Below, in pieces: positions 51,473-62,027 of a stretch of 64,000 bases of DNA. The stretch covers positions 608,001-672,000 of the forward strand of contig OZ244922.1 of the NCBI GenBank assembly GCA_965221905.1. The letters are read 5' to 3'. Every line of letters starts with the position of its first letter. Positions within the stretch are counted from its first letter, which is position 1. The translations under genes and the position numbers were made by a program. Below the pieces are notes generated by a model. The model was not told where the DNA came from and did no database searches. It saw only the letters and a list, made by a program, of their open reading frames with translations. Origin of the DNA: Chloroflexota bacterium. GTDB lineage: Bacteria; Chloroflexota; UBA11872; VXOZ01.

Positions 51473-52336
51473 GTGGTTATCCACTGCTATGCCAAGATCA
51501 ACCTGACTCTGGAAATCCTCGGCAAGCGCGCCGACGGGTACCACGAGGTCCGCACGGTCATGCAGACCGTCGGTCTGGCGGACCGGCTGGAGGTATCGGC
51601 GGCGGCGGATCTCTCGTTCACGTGTTCCGACCCCGCCTTGGCGACGCCGGACAATCTCGTGTACCGCGCCGCACGACTGCTGCAAGCGGAGTACGCCGTG
51701 CGCACCGGTGCCGCGCTCAGGCTGGAAAAGCGCATTCCAGTGGCCGCCGGTTTGGGGGGCGGCAGCAGCGACGCGGCGGCTACTATTGTCGCTCTCAACC
51801 GGCTGTGGAATCTTCAACTATCCCTAACTGAACAGCGGCGGCTGGCAGCAGCGCTGGGTTCAGACGTGCCGTTCTTTCTCACGGGCGGGGCGTTGGCCAC
51901 CGGTCGGGGCGAACGCATTACACGGCTGCCGCCGCTGCCGCAGTACTGGGTCGTGCTCGTCCTGCTGCCGTGTGCGCTCAGCACGGCGGCGGTCTACCAA
52001 GCCGTGACCCCAGCGGACTACACCGCAGGCGTCACGACCGCAGACACCGTCGCCGCTGCCCAGCACGGCACACTGTCACCGCAAACCCGCTGGCACAACG
52101 CCCTTGCACGCCCCGCCCAGGCTCTGGCTCCGGGAATCGCAGCCGCAAAGAATGCCATGATTCAGGCCGGCGCCCCACACGCCCACGTATCCGGCAGCGG
52201 CCCGACGGTCTTCGCCATGTGCCAAGAGGAAGGTGCGGCGCGCACGCTCGCCGACCGCCTCCAGGAGCAGGGGCACAACGCCGAGATCGCCCCGTTCGTT
52301 CAGTCCGGTTGGGCTTGGGGCGAAGCGGGCGCGTAG
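51473..52336 (+). CDS. ispE: 4-diphosphocytidyl-2-C-methyl-D-erythritol kinase
   Basis: AKINLTL, DGYHE, KRIPVAAGLGGGSSDAA, GSDVPFF, SGSGPT. Confidence 0.96.
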   Translation: MVIHCYAKINLTLEILGKRADGYHEVRTVMQTVGLADRLEVSAAADLSFTCSDPALATPDNLVYRAARLLQAEYAVRTGAALRLEKRIPVAAGLGGGSSDAAATIVALNRLWNLQLSLTEQRRLAAALGSDVPFFLTGGALATGRGERITRLPPLPQYWVVLVLLPCALSTAAVYQAVTPADYTAGVTTADTVAAAQHGTLSPQTRWHNALARPAQALAPGIAAAKNAMIQAGAPHAHVSGSGPTVFAMCQEEGAARTLADRLQEQGHNAEIAPFVQSGWAWGEAGA

Positions 52337-52770
52337 AACCGGGAGCCAGCGGGGCTAATGGGTACGCATGGTGGTACGGATGCTGCAGGGATAAGGATTC
52401 ACCAGCCAGGGTCTTTCGATTGCCGCATTAAACGGAGTGATGGGTTTGCATGGTCAGCAACCGAGCATCGTGCTGGGCTTGGCGATCGGTCGTGCTGAGG
52501 TGGCTATGCCCGGGTCCTGTCGAAGCAAGAACGGCCGTGTGCGCATATGCCGGAATTCACCCGTGCCGCGTTTCCCCTTCGACATGCTCAGGGCGATCAG
52601 GTTGGTGCATAGGGTGAGCAAGTATTTGCGTCTAGGGCGGACTGACGAAAGTGCGCAACGGAGCCTCCCAAGAGCAAGAGCGCATGACCCCTACCGCTAT
52701 GCGTCGGCGACTGCCGGTTTCTCGTGGCTTGTGGTACATTTGTCGGGAGCAAGTCAAAGGAGCGGCCAAG

Positions 52771-54165
52771 ATGAATGTCATCTGGATAGTTGCTGACACC
52801 TTCCGCAGGGACCACGTAGGCGCCTACGGCAATCCTACGATTCGAACGCCTTCTCTCGATGCGCTGGCGGCCAGGTCGGTCAGGTTCGACGGCCACTATG
52901 CTGCCGGCTTCCCGACCATGCCCACGCGAGCAGACCATCATACAGGGCGCTGGACGATGTCCTTCATGGGTTGGGAGCCCCTGCCTGCGGGAGTGAACAC
53001 TATTGCGGAAGTGCTGGCGGACCACGGCTATCATACGGCGGCATCGGTGGATACCCCCTACTATCTAAGGGACGGAATGAACTATGACCGGGGGTTTCAG
53101 TCCTTCTTCATGAACAGGGGCCAGGATACAATGTGGTCCCTCATCCCTCAGCCCGGCTATCACAATGAATCCCTCGACGTCCGCGCGGCTTGGCGCAACG
53201 AATCGGATCGGAATGCCCCGCGGACGTTCATGACCGCCATGCAGTGGTTGGAACGACACTACAAAGAGGACTTCTTTCTCTACATTGACACCTGGGATCC
53301 GCATGAACCTTGGGATGCGCCAGCTTACTATACAGAACTCTACTGGCCCGGATACGACGGTGAAGTGGTGCTCCCACTGTATGGAAACTGGCATCACGCG
53401 CCGGGCTACAGCGAGGAGCAGGTGCGGAAGGGTCACGCCACCTATTGTGGTGAAGTCACCATGGTCGACACGTGGCTGGGGTTCTTGCTGAAGGCCGTCG
53501 AGAACATGGGCCTGACGGACACAACTGCCATCATCTTCACCACAGACCACGGCTTCTGTTTTGGGGAGCATGGCGGCCTATTCGGCAAGATGCATGCGGA
53601 TACGTACCCGGACGGGAGCCTGCGGCCCTATGGCGAGCCGGGATCAACATGGACCCACTCTCCCCTCTACGAGGAGCTTGTCCACTTGCCGCTTCTGGTT
53701 TACGTGCCTGGCATATGCCCGGGAGTTTACAAAGGCCTTAGTTCCGCGGTCGACGTCATGCCATCCGTACTCGATCTGATGGGCATAGAGATTCCGGCCT
53801 ATGTCCAAGGCAGGTCCCTCGTGTCCGGGATGCAAGATACTGCACTGCCAGGACGGGAGTACGTAGTCAGCAGCATTCCCTTTGCCAACCCTGGCGATCC
53901 GGTTCAATCTGTTGACAGCTTGCTTCGTACCCTTTCGGACTACCCGGTGACCACCATCACGGCGGGAGAATGGAGCCTGCTCTATAGTCCGCAAGCCGGT
54001 CTATCGGAACTATACAATCTGAATTCCGATCCAAATCAGCTTGAGAGCATGATCGGAACGCATCGAGACGATGCCAGAGAAATTCATCGTTTCCTGGTTG
54101 ACTTTATGCACGAAACTAGCGTGCCGGAACGACTACTGCAGCCGCGTTTGGAACTTCGTGCTTAG
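52771..54165 (+). CDS. Sulfatase-like hydrolase with TxPxR motif
   Basis: AAGGAG RBS; IVADTFRRD, PTMPTRA, DPHEPW, TTDHG. Confidence 0.9.
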   Translation: MNVIWIVADTFRRDHVGAYGNPTIRTPSLDALAARSVRFDGHYAAGFPTMPTRADHHTGRWTMSFMGWEPLPAGVNTIAEVLADHGYHTAASVDTPYYLRDGMNYDRGFQSFFMNRGQDTMWSLIPQPGYHNESLDVRAAWRNESDRNAPRTFMTAMQWLERHYKEDFFLYIDTWDPHEPWDAPAYYTELYWPGYDGEVVLPLYGNWHHAPGYSEEQVRKGHATYCGEVTMVDTWLGFLLKAVENMGLTDTTAIIFTTDHGFCFGEHGGLFGKMHADTYPDGSLRPYGEPGSTWTHSPLYEELVHLPLLVYVPGICPGVYKGLSSAVDVMPSVLDLMGIEIPAYVQGRSLVSGMQDTALPGREYVVSSIPFANPGDPVQSVDSLLRTLSDYPVTTITAGEWSLLYSPQAGLSELYNLNSDPNQLESMIGTHRDDAREIHRFLVDFMHETSVPERLLQPRLELRA

Positions 54166-54339
54166 ATGCGTTGAAGTTCAAACCCCTTGCTATTCCGGTT
54201 CTGGCTGGGAAAGTCCGAAGGTAAGAGAGGTCTTTCCCAGTAGGACACCAGCATTCCGGCGGGCGGCGGCCGATATCCTGACCGCTCGTGAGGGCCGTCC
54301 GATAGGAAAGGAACGCTCGCACGCGACCGTCATTACAGT

Positions 54340-55890
54340 ATGAGGAAGCGATACGATCACATTGTCGTCGGGGCGGGTTCGGCAGGTGCGGTCTTGGCGG
54401 CCCGCTTGACTGAAGATCGTCACCGGTCGGTTCTGCTTCTCGAGGCCGGAGAGGACTATCCCACGCTGGATCGGATGCCGGATCCGTTGAAGTATGCCTA
54501 TGGGATCGGCACAACGCTCTGGGATAGCGGACACGCGTGGAATTTTCGCGCCAGGGCTACGGACCAAGCCCAGATAGATGTCCCGCGCGGCAAGGTCACC
54601 GGCGGTTCCAGCGCTATCAACGACGCCCAATTTCTGAGAGGAATGCCGGAGGATTTCGCGCGGTGGGCGGCGTGGGGGAACCCCGAATGGGAATTCGCAA
54701 AGGTCTTGCCCTACCTGAGAAAGTTAGAAGCGGACCAGGATTTCCAAAATGAATTCCATGGCTCGGACGGTCCTATCAGTTGCCGTCGGTATCGGCCTGA
54801 CGAATGGGGGCCGCAACAGCACGCCTTCTATCAGGCATGCCGAGACGCCGGTTTCCCCGACTGCCCGGACCACAATCACCCCAACGCCACCGGCGTTGGG
54901 CCTCTGGCTTTCAACATCGCCGGCCGCGTGCGGGTGAGTACGGCAATCGGCTACCTAAACCCCGCACGCACGCGACCGGGGTTGACCGTCAGACCCCACT
55001 GCCTCGTCCACCGGATCATCTTCGAAGGCAAGCGCGCGGTAGGGCTGCACGTGATCAACGGCCGTGAAGAGTTTTCCGTCTATGGCGAGGAAGTCATCCT
55101 CTGTGCCGGCGCTATCGGATCGCCACATATCCTTGCGCTGTCGGGTATTGGACCGGCGGCGCAGTTGCGGCAGTTGGGGATACCCATTGTGCAGGACCTT
55201 CCCGGCGTCGGGCGCAATCTCCGGGACCACCCGGATGTGCCAATGGCCTGGCGTACGCGTGAAGGATTCCCCTTGAACACCGACCAGGTCGCAACGGGCA
55301 CTGTCACCCTACGGTTTACGGCCTCGGGTTCGCCTTTCAAGAACGACTTGGTCATTTACATGGGCAACTACGCCGCGGCAAGGCCTATGCGAGGTTCGGA
55401 TCATCAGAATCCGGTAGGCATAGGGGTCAGCCTGTGCCTCTACTTGGCGTTGAGCCAGGGTGAACTCCGCATCCAATCTGACGACCCTAGGCATGCGCCT
55501 TACCTCGACTTTAACCTGCTGGACGACCCCTACGATCGTTCACGGCTCCGTGAAAGCCTCAGGACCTGCGCCGACCTGTTCAAGCATACGGCCTTCGGTG
55601 GGATAGTCGACGAGCGGTTTGCGCCCTCAGACGAAGTCCTGGATGACGACGATGCCCTGGATTCCTGGATGCAGCGAGAGGTGGTCACGGCCCACCACGT
55701 CTCGAGCACGTGCAAAATGGGGCCCGCAAACGACCCAATGGCTGTGGTGGACCAATACGGCAAGGTGCACGGCGTCGAGGGACTCCGCATCAGCGACGCA
55801 TCCATCATGCCCGATACGGTGCGGGCGAACCTTAACCATACCGTGATTGCGATAGCGGAGAAGGTGGCCGATTTCATCAAGGAAAGTTGA
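54340..55890 (+). CDS. GMC family oxidoreductase (choline dehydrogenase-like)
   Basis: GAGSAG, RGKVTGGSSAIN, GVGRNLRDH, HHVSSTCKMG, DASIMP. Confidence 0.93.
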   Translation: MRKRYDHIVVGAGSAGAVLAARLTEDRHRSVLLLEAGEDYPTLDRMPDPLKYAYGIGTTLWDSGHAWNFRARATDQAQIDVPRGKVTGGSSAINDAQFLRGMPEDFARWAAWGNPEWEFAKVLPYLRKLEADQDFQNEFHGSDGPISCRRYRPDEWGPQQHAFYQACRDAGFPDCPDHNHPNATGVGPLAFNIAGRVRVSTAIGYLNPARTRPGLTVRPHCLVHRIIFEGKRAVGLHVINGREEFSVYGEEVILCAGAIGSPHILALSGIGPAAQLRQLGIPIVQDLPGVGRNLRDHPDVPMAWRTREGFPLNTDQVATGTVTLRFTASGSPFKNDLVIYMGNYAAARPMRGSDHQNPVGIGVSLCLYLALSQGELRIQSDDPRHAPYLDFNLLDDPYDRSRLRESLRTCADLFKHTAFGGIVDERFAPSDEVLDDDDALDSWMQREVVTAHHVSSTCKMGPANDPMAVVDQYGKVHGVEGLRISDASIMPDTVRANLNHTVIAIAEKVADFIKES

Positions 55891-56112
55891 CTGCGCGGCG
55901 GGGTCCGGCATGTCTCAAAATGCTAAAATCTCCATCCAGGACAGCTGCGACCGCCGAGGCCGTAGGTTTCCGGTGGGACTAGCGACAGAAGCAGCGGCGA
56001 GCTCGCGGGTGGAATTGCCGCAGTCGGGGCTAGAGGATCACTCCGCTACCACTGCTGCCGGAGCACCGTGTCGTGCTCGTGCCGCGTACGACGGAGGATA
56101 CTCTAAGAGACG

Positions 56113-56757
56113 ATGAAAGCCTATCGCGCGTTGCGTGTTGCCACAGCCGTGCTCTTGACCGGCCTCTGTTTCCTCATTTCAACAGGGGTGACAAATGCTT
56201 GCTCGTGCGGGGACTTACCCTCCCCAGCCGTGGCATTGGGGCAATCTGCAAAAGTGTTCTCCGGGAAGGTCGTGCACGTAAGCGATGGCGGCGGCACGGA
56301 GAGAGAGCCCGCTCTGCTCAGCGGTTACATCTCGGTAGAGTTCGAAGTCTACGCAGTGTGGAAAGGCCCGGCCTATGCCACCATGTTCGTCGAGACGGCA
56401 TGGTGGAGTGGCAGTTGCGGGGTGGAATTCTATCTTGGACAAGAATGGCTGGTCTATTCCTATGACGGTGAAACCACGCACCCTTGCAGCCGCACACGTC
56501 CCTTGGAGCTGGCGCAGGCAGACATTAACGAACTTGGCGAGGGCCAAGTTCCTGTGCCGGGAACAATCGAGCCCTATCGACAGTCCGGTCACCGGATCGA
56601 GCGGACACGCACGCAGGCCGCCGTGGCCGACGCACCCACACCAGCGGCAAGCCCTTGGTGGGATTTCATTCCCGCGTGGCTGAACTTCGTACTCCTCATA
56701 GTTGTGGTGGTAGCAGTGCTGGGCTGGGTGCTGCGTGGGACCAGCCAGAAGGGCTAG
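56113..56757 (+). CDS. Exported TIMP/NTR-like protein with C-terminal membrane anchor
   Basis: Signal peptide ending TNA|CSC; VFSGKV, SCG..F..GQEWLVY, CSRT; C-terminal TM. Confidence 0.75.
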   Translation: MKAYRALRVATAVLLTGLCFLISTGVTNACSCGDLPSPAVALGQSAKVFSGKVVHVSDGGGTEREPALLSGYISVEFEVYAVWKGPAYATMFVETAWWSGSCGVEFYLGQEWLVYSYDGETTHPCSRTRPLELAQADINELGEGQVPVPGTIEPYRQSGHRIERTRTQAAVADAPTPAASPWWDFIPAWLNFVLLIVVVVAVLGWVLRGTSQKG

Positions 56758-56917
56758 GGCTGTCTCTGCGCCAGGCAGACCCTTGCGGCCCGGGCGGCCG
56801 GCCGCGGCATCAGCACGGCGATCGGCCCAGGCGCTAGTCCGCAGTACTCGCTAGCAGATGTCTAGAGTGACTATTGCAGACGAAGAGGCGCCTGGTCGCT
56901 ATTGAAAAACCGCTCGC

Positions 56918-57850
56918 CTATGCCCGAAACGGCTTGCCGGTGCGGCGGAGCTCCTTGGTGACGGCTACTTGGCAGGTGACGTACGCGCTCTCTGTCGGTC
57001 GGCCGCGGTGGTTCATGTCGCCGGCGGAATAGCCGGGGCGGGCGTCGCCGATGGTGCCGACGATGAGGTTGGCGTGTTCCGTGGTCGTATCGTAGCGGTC
57101 GGCGATGAGGCCCACCATATCCACCCACGCCGCGCGCACGGCATCCGTCCAGGTCCGGCCCTGACCGCTCGTGAGGTATTCATCGGCGCACTCGGCCACG
57201 TTCGTGGTCTCGACAACCGGGCTGGAGGTCGAGAAGCCCGGCGAGCGGTCTACTCTAATCTTCACGGCCGTGTCGATCTCTACGCCGGTGCCGGTGAGTT
57301 CGCCGTCCGACATGCGCGCGTGGGCGTCGGCCAGGGTGAGCAGGCCGCCGGGCTTCTGCGCGCGAATGTGCACGGTGCTGCCGGGGCGCGTTGAGTTGAA
57401 GTCCATGTTGCCGCCGTGGTCGATCTCATACGGGTCCACCGACTCCAACATCACCACTCCGACCATGGGGCGTTCCGGCACCACGAAGTCCGGCGGAAAG
57501 TGCACAAGTCCGTCGCGGACGGGCGCGATGAGGCGCACGCTGCCCCAGATGGGGCCGCCGTTGCGATAAAAGCCGTAGGGACCCACCTCCATATCCAGGA
57601 TTTCGATTGCCACCCAATCTCCCGGCTCGATGCCCTCGATGAAGAACGGCCCGCCCGGCCGTGAGTAGCGCGGCGTGCCGACTTCCATGACTGCGCCGGG
57701 CTTGAGTTCGCCTTTTATCTTCAGGTCCTGGTCGTGGCCGCCGACAGTCTCGATGACGACCGTCTCGCCCAATCGCAGAGTGCCTCGGAGTTGCCCACGT
57801 TCGGGATCGTTGGGCCCGCTGTAGTAGGGTGTACGGGTGAAGCGTCGCAT
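56918..57850 (-). CDS. Acetamidase/formamidase family protein
   Basis: GPFFIEGIEPGD, HGGNMD, ADAHARMSDGELTGTGVE. Confidence 0.88.
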   Translation of the reverse strand: MRRFTRTPYYSGPNDPERGQLRGTLRLGETVVIETVGGHDQDLKIKGELKPGAVMEVGTPRYSRPGGPFFIEGIEPGDWVAIEILDMEVGPYGFYRNGGPIWGSVRLIAPVRDGLVHFPPDFVVPERPMVGVVMLESVDPYEIDHGGNMDFNSTRPGSTVHIRAQKPGGLLTLADAHARMSDGELTGTGVEIDTAVKIRVDRSPGFSTSSPVVETTNVAECADEYLTSGQGRTWTDAVRAAWVDMVGLIADRYDTTTEHANLIVGTIGDARPGYSAGDMNHRGRPTESAYVTCQVAVTKELRRTGKPFRA

Positions 57851-58061
57851 GCGAATCCTCCCGCTTGCGGTATTGTTCGGCCGCAATATGTGGTACTCAC
57901 TATGAGCGAAGCCGGCCGGAACTTCCTTATCCTACCTTAAATTTTATGCCGAACTAGGGTCTAGGGCTAGCCCTTTTGCGCCGATTCATAGGTACATTTA
58001 AGTAATCTGCTAAGTTACACGATTGGCAGACCGACATGGTCGTTCGCCAGCGCTAGTTTGC

Positions 58062-58091
58062 TTGACAGAAGCGGATTCTCCGCCCTATACT
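58062..58091 (+). promoter_or_regulatory. Sigma70-type promoter for tRNA-Val
   Basis: TTGACA-N18-TATACT about 85 bp upstream of the tRNA. Confidence 0.65.
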
Positions 58092-58174
58092 TACGGAAAT
58101 CTGTCAATGGCGCCAGAGGAGACCGACGAGTGACTCGATCAATTTGGAAGCCTGCGGGGCTTCTTTACCGTTAA

Positions 58175-58251
<77 letters not shown>

Positions 58252-58685
58252 AACTGGATAAAATCAAGAACTGTCACTTTGAGGTTCGTTCTGGACCTGT
58301 GATGGGTGTGCTGGAGAGGGCCGGGCCAGCCTCAATATCCCATACCAGCTATCTGAAGACCAGGGAATCGGACGGACGCACTGTTATGGTGAGGCATCGG
58401 CAGAGAAGCGGTGGAAGAGGCGAAATGTAGCGGCTGGTATTGGCTGGCGCTGTAATCGTACTGATATGCGATTGTCCAGAAGCTAAGTGCTCGCAGATTT
58501 GCAGGGAAGACCTGTCGCCTGTGCCACCCCTGGACTACCTCAAGATCAGGATCCGAAACTCACACTAGGTGGGCCTGCCCGCTCTCCATGCGCCATCGCC
58601 CCACTCGTTCAAATGGTTCGACAGGCTCACCACGAGCGGCAAGGGCAGGGGTTTGCCATGAGCGGTAAGGAGGATAGGCTCACCA

Positions 58686-59165
58686 TTGAAGAACGTGGTC
58701 AGACACTTCACCGCCACCGGGTTCGTTGTGCATGACGAGAGCGTCCTGCTGCACTGGCACCCAAAGGTCAAAGAGTGGCTGCCCCCAGGCGGCCACATCG
58801 AAGACAACGAGGACCCTGTCCAGGCCGTCCTGCGGGAGATACGGGAGGAGACGGGTCTGTCAGCCGAGATCGTGCCCACCGGGGTCGTCCTGGACCTGGA
58901 GCATCCGGTACCGGTCCACCCTCCGTTCACCATACTGGTGGAGAATATCCATGACCCGGTGGACGGGTATCACCAGCACATCGACATGATTTACTTCTGC
59001 CGGCTCCCAGGCGTACCCGGCCTGTTGAACGACGGTTGGATATGGGTGAGCAGATTGGACGTTGAAGCGAAGCTGCCTCTGGTCGCCGCTGGCGCTCCAG
59101 TCAAATCGCCTCCCGAAGATGTCCGCCTGCTGGCAATGAGGGCCTTAGACCTGGCCCCGATGTGA
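58686..59165 (+). CDS. NUDIX hydrolase
   Basis: PGGHIEDNEDPVQAVLREIREETGL Nudix box. Confidence 0.93.
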   Translation: MKNVVRHFTATGFVVHDESVLLHWHPKVKEWLPPGGHIEDNEDPVQAVLREIREETGLSAEIVPTGVVLDLEHPVPVHPPFTILVENIHDPVDGYHQHIDMIYFCRLPGVPGLLNDGWIWVSRLDVEAKLPLVAAGAPVKSPPEDVRLLAMRALDLAPM

Positions 59166-59387
59166 CGTAGGCGCACCCGCTCATATGGTTCGACATCCCG
59201 GTAGCGATAGGAACTTGCGTTCCTCCCCCTGGTCACGCCACAATGCTTAGGTCAAGGGCCTAGGTAGGCCCACAGAGCCCCTAGCCACATCTCGAAGATG
59301 GTTCTGTCTTCCGTCAAAACAGGCCCATCTAGAGATGACATTCCGAGTCTCTCCTGACCAATTCAGCCGCGCAAAGCGGGGATTGAA

Positions 59388-59882
59388 TTGAACGCAATGG
59401 ACGAAAAGGCGTTCGAGAATTCAACGAAGGTCGCAAAGAAGACCTTCGCCAAGAAGGCTGGCGCAAAGACGGTCCTCCTCTCAGGCGGCAATCCTCAGAT
59501 CGCGAAGGCCGACGGCGACGCTCCCGTGCAGGCATACATCGCGGCCATGCCAGGCTGGAAGAGCGATCTTGGGCGCCGCCTCGACGCGGTCATTGTGCGC
59601 GAGGTGCCCAACGTGCGCAAGGCCGTGCGATGGAACTCGCCATTCTATGGCATCGAGGGCCAAGGTTGGTTCGTGAGTTACCACGTATTTGTTCAATACG
59701 TAAAGGTGACCTTCTTCCGAGGCGCGTCTCTAAGACCCGTTCCGCCCGGCTCAGGCAAAGATAAGGACGCACGCTGGATCGATATCCACGAGGGTGAATT
59801 CGACGAAGCGCAGATGGCCGAGTGGGTCAGGCAGGCGGCGGCCCTGCCCGGTTGGGATGGGTTCAGACATTCTGCAAGCTGA
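59388..59882 (+). CDS. DUF1801 (YdhG-like) protein
   Basis: LLSGGNPQIAK, KAVRWNSPFYG, VKVTFFRGASL. Confidence 0.85.
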   Translation: MNAMDEKAFENSTKVAKKTFAKKAGAKTVLLSGGNPQIAKADGDAPVQAYIAAMPGWKSDLGRRLDAVIVREVPNVRKAVRWNSPFYGIEGQGWFVSYHVFVQYVKVTFFRGASLRPVPPGSGKDKDARWIDIHEGEFDEAQMAEWVRQAAALPGWDGFRHSAS

Positions 59883-60174
59883 ATGCCGAATCGTCCAGGA
59901 GACCTATTGAAGGCTCTTTTGGCTTCTTCATCGGCGAGGAGGTGCGCGAACGTGCGCGGCAGTACGTGTCGTAGTATTCTCGGCCAAGTTGGGAGAGATT
60001 TGGAGGATACGATCTGGCGAGCCGGTCTTCCGAATTCGAGAATTCCTTTGAGGGCCCATATGGATCGCTTGACCGGCTCACCATATAGATGCCTCCCAGG
60101 GAGACGTTCGCGGTGCTGTACTCTTAGGCCCGTCGCAGCAGTGGGCGTTGGGCAATGTGGAGCAGGTGTAACTC

Positions 60175-61911
60175 ATGGCTGCAGTAAACGTCAACGACAA
60201 CGTCCGCTACGAACCCGATGAGAATCCTCCCCGCTTAGTTACCATTGGCTCCGGCGTTCAGGCTGCCATCTTGATTCTGGCGCCGGTAGTGCTGACCGTA
60301 GTTATCGTGTCTCGCATTGCCGGGCAGTCTGAAGGTTTCATAACGTGGGCCGTGTTTGCGGCATTGCTCGTTAGCGGGTCCACGACCATACTCCAGGCCG
60401 TTCGGGTCGGAAGGTTTGGCTCGGGGCACGTGCTGATGATGGGCACGTCGGGGGCCTTCATCGCCGTCTGCGTCGCGGCGCTTAAGCTCGCGGGCCCGGC
60501 CACAATGGCGAGCCTGATCGTTATATCATCGCTATTCCAGTTCTTGCTGGCGGCGCGACTCTCGCTGCTGCGCCGCATCTTTACGCCGATAGTTACGGGC
60601 ACCGTAATCATGCTGATCGCGGCCACGGTGATGCCGATTGTATTTGATTCGCTCAAGGTCGTGCCCGAAGGGTCGCCGGAGGCGGCCGCTCCGGTGGCGG
60701 CTCTGGTTACGCTGGTTATCGTAGCGGCGATGGTGGTGCGTGCGCCGCCGACCTGGCGGCTGTGGTCGCCAATCATCGCCATTGCCGCGGGTTGTCTTGT
60801 TTCCATACCCTTTGGCATCTACGACTTACAACAGGTACTGGATGCGCCATGGATCGGGGTGCCTTTCGACTCGTGGCCGGGCTTTGACGTTACCCCCGGC
60901 GTTGAGTTTTGGGCGTTGCTGCCCGCATTCGTCGTGGTTACCTTGGTTGGGGCTATCGAGACCATTGGGGACGGCGTGGCGATCCAGCGCGTCTCCCGCC
61001 GCAACCCCCGCGCTACGGACTTTCGCGTCGTGCAAGGCGCGCTCAATGCCGACGGCGTAGGCAATTTGCTCTCAGGCTTACTGGCAACCGTGCCGAATAC
61101 AACCTACTCATCCAGCATCTCTCTTGCCGAGGTCACCGGGGTCGCCGCACGGCGTGTGGGCGTGGTTATCGGTGTCATCTTTGTTGTCTTGGCTTTCTTC
61201 CCCAAAGTTGCCGCCTTGCTGATTGCTATTCCCGCTCCCGTGGCGGCTGCGTATATCACTGTGCTTGTCGTATTGCTCTTTGTGCAGGGCATGAGAATTG
61301 TCATCCAGGACGGCATGGACCACCGCAAGACTGTAGTTGTCGGTCTGTCATTTTGGGTTGGCGCGGGCTTTCAGAGCGGATGGATCTTTCCGGAATTGTT
61401 GGGTGAAGGGTTCATGGGCGTGCTGCTGAGCAACGGTATGACGGCGGGCGCTATCGTGGCGATTATTGTGATGGTGTTTATCGAGCTCACGCGCCCGCGG
61501 CGCAGGCGATTGCAGGTGGCGCTAGAGAGTGCTGCCCTGCCGAAGATCGAAGAATTCTTGTTGTCGTTCGCCTCCAAATGCAAATGGAACGACGCTTCGG
61601 CGGAAAGGCTCACCTCAGCCGGCGAAGAGACGCTGGCAATCCTATTGCAGGAGAGCGGCGGCGCTCAAGGCGGCGGGCGGCGGTTGACGGTCAACGCCCG
61701 TTTGGAAGGCAGCATGGCAGAGCTGGAATTCATGACGTCGCTGGAAGGCGAGAATGTGGAAGACTATCTGACGCACCTCAATGAGCTTCCGCCCGTGCCG
61801 GACGAACGCGAGGTGTCGTTCCGTTTGCTCTGGCACTATGCGTCCTCCGTGCGGCACCAGAAGTATCACGGGTTGGACATCATCACGGTGAACGTCGAGG
61901 GTTTGCGCTAG
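60175..61911 (+). CDS. NCS2 (xanthine/uracil) family permease with C-terminal soluble domain
   Basis: GTSGAF, IETIGD, ADG.GN, PNTTYSSS; ~140-aa soluble tail. Confidence 0.88.
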   Translation: MAAVNVNDNVRYEPDENPPRLVTIGSGVQAAILILAPVVLTVVIVSRIAGQSEGFITWAVFAALLVSGSTTILQAVRVGRFGSGHVLMMGTSGAFIAVCVAALKLAGPATMASLIVISSLFQFLLAARLSLLRRIFTPIVTGTVIMLIAATVMPIVFDSLKVVPEGSPEAAAPVAALVTLVIVAAMVVRAPPTWRLWSPIIAIAAGCLVSIPFGIYDLQQVLDAPWIGVPFDSWPGFDVTPGVEFWALLPAFVVVTLVGAIETIGDGVAIQRVSRRNPRATDFRVVQGALNADGVGNLLSGLLATVPNTTYSSSISLAEVTGVAARRVGVVIGVIFVVLAFFPKVAALLIAIPAPVAAAYITVLVVLLFVQGMRIVIQDGMDHRKTVVVGLSFWVGAGFQSGWIFPELLGEGFMGVLLSNGMTAGAIVAIIVMVFIELTRPRRRRLQVALESAALPKIEEFLLSFASKCKWNDASAERLTSAGEETLAILLQESGGAQGGGRRLTVNARLEGSMAELEFMTSLEGENVEDYLTHLNELPPVPDEREVSFRLLWHYASSVRHQKYHGLDIITVNVEGLR

Positions 61912-62027
61912 AGGCTCCCGGTAAAGGCTCGCGCTAGACACGCGCATCTTGTCCGCTCCGGGCATTTGGAAACATCATTCCGGCGAGCCTCACCTAAATC
62001 TTGGAGCGGACCAATTGTCGATGAGCC

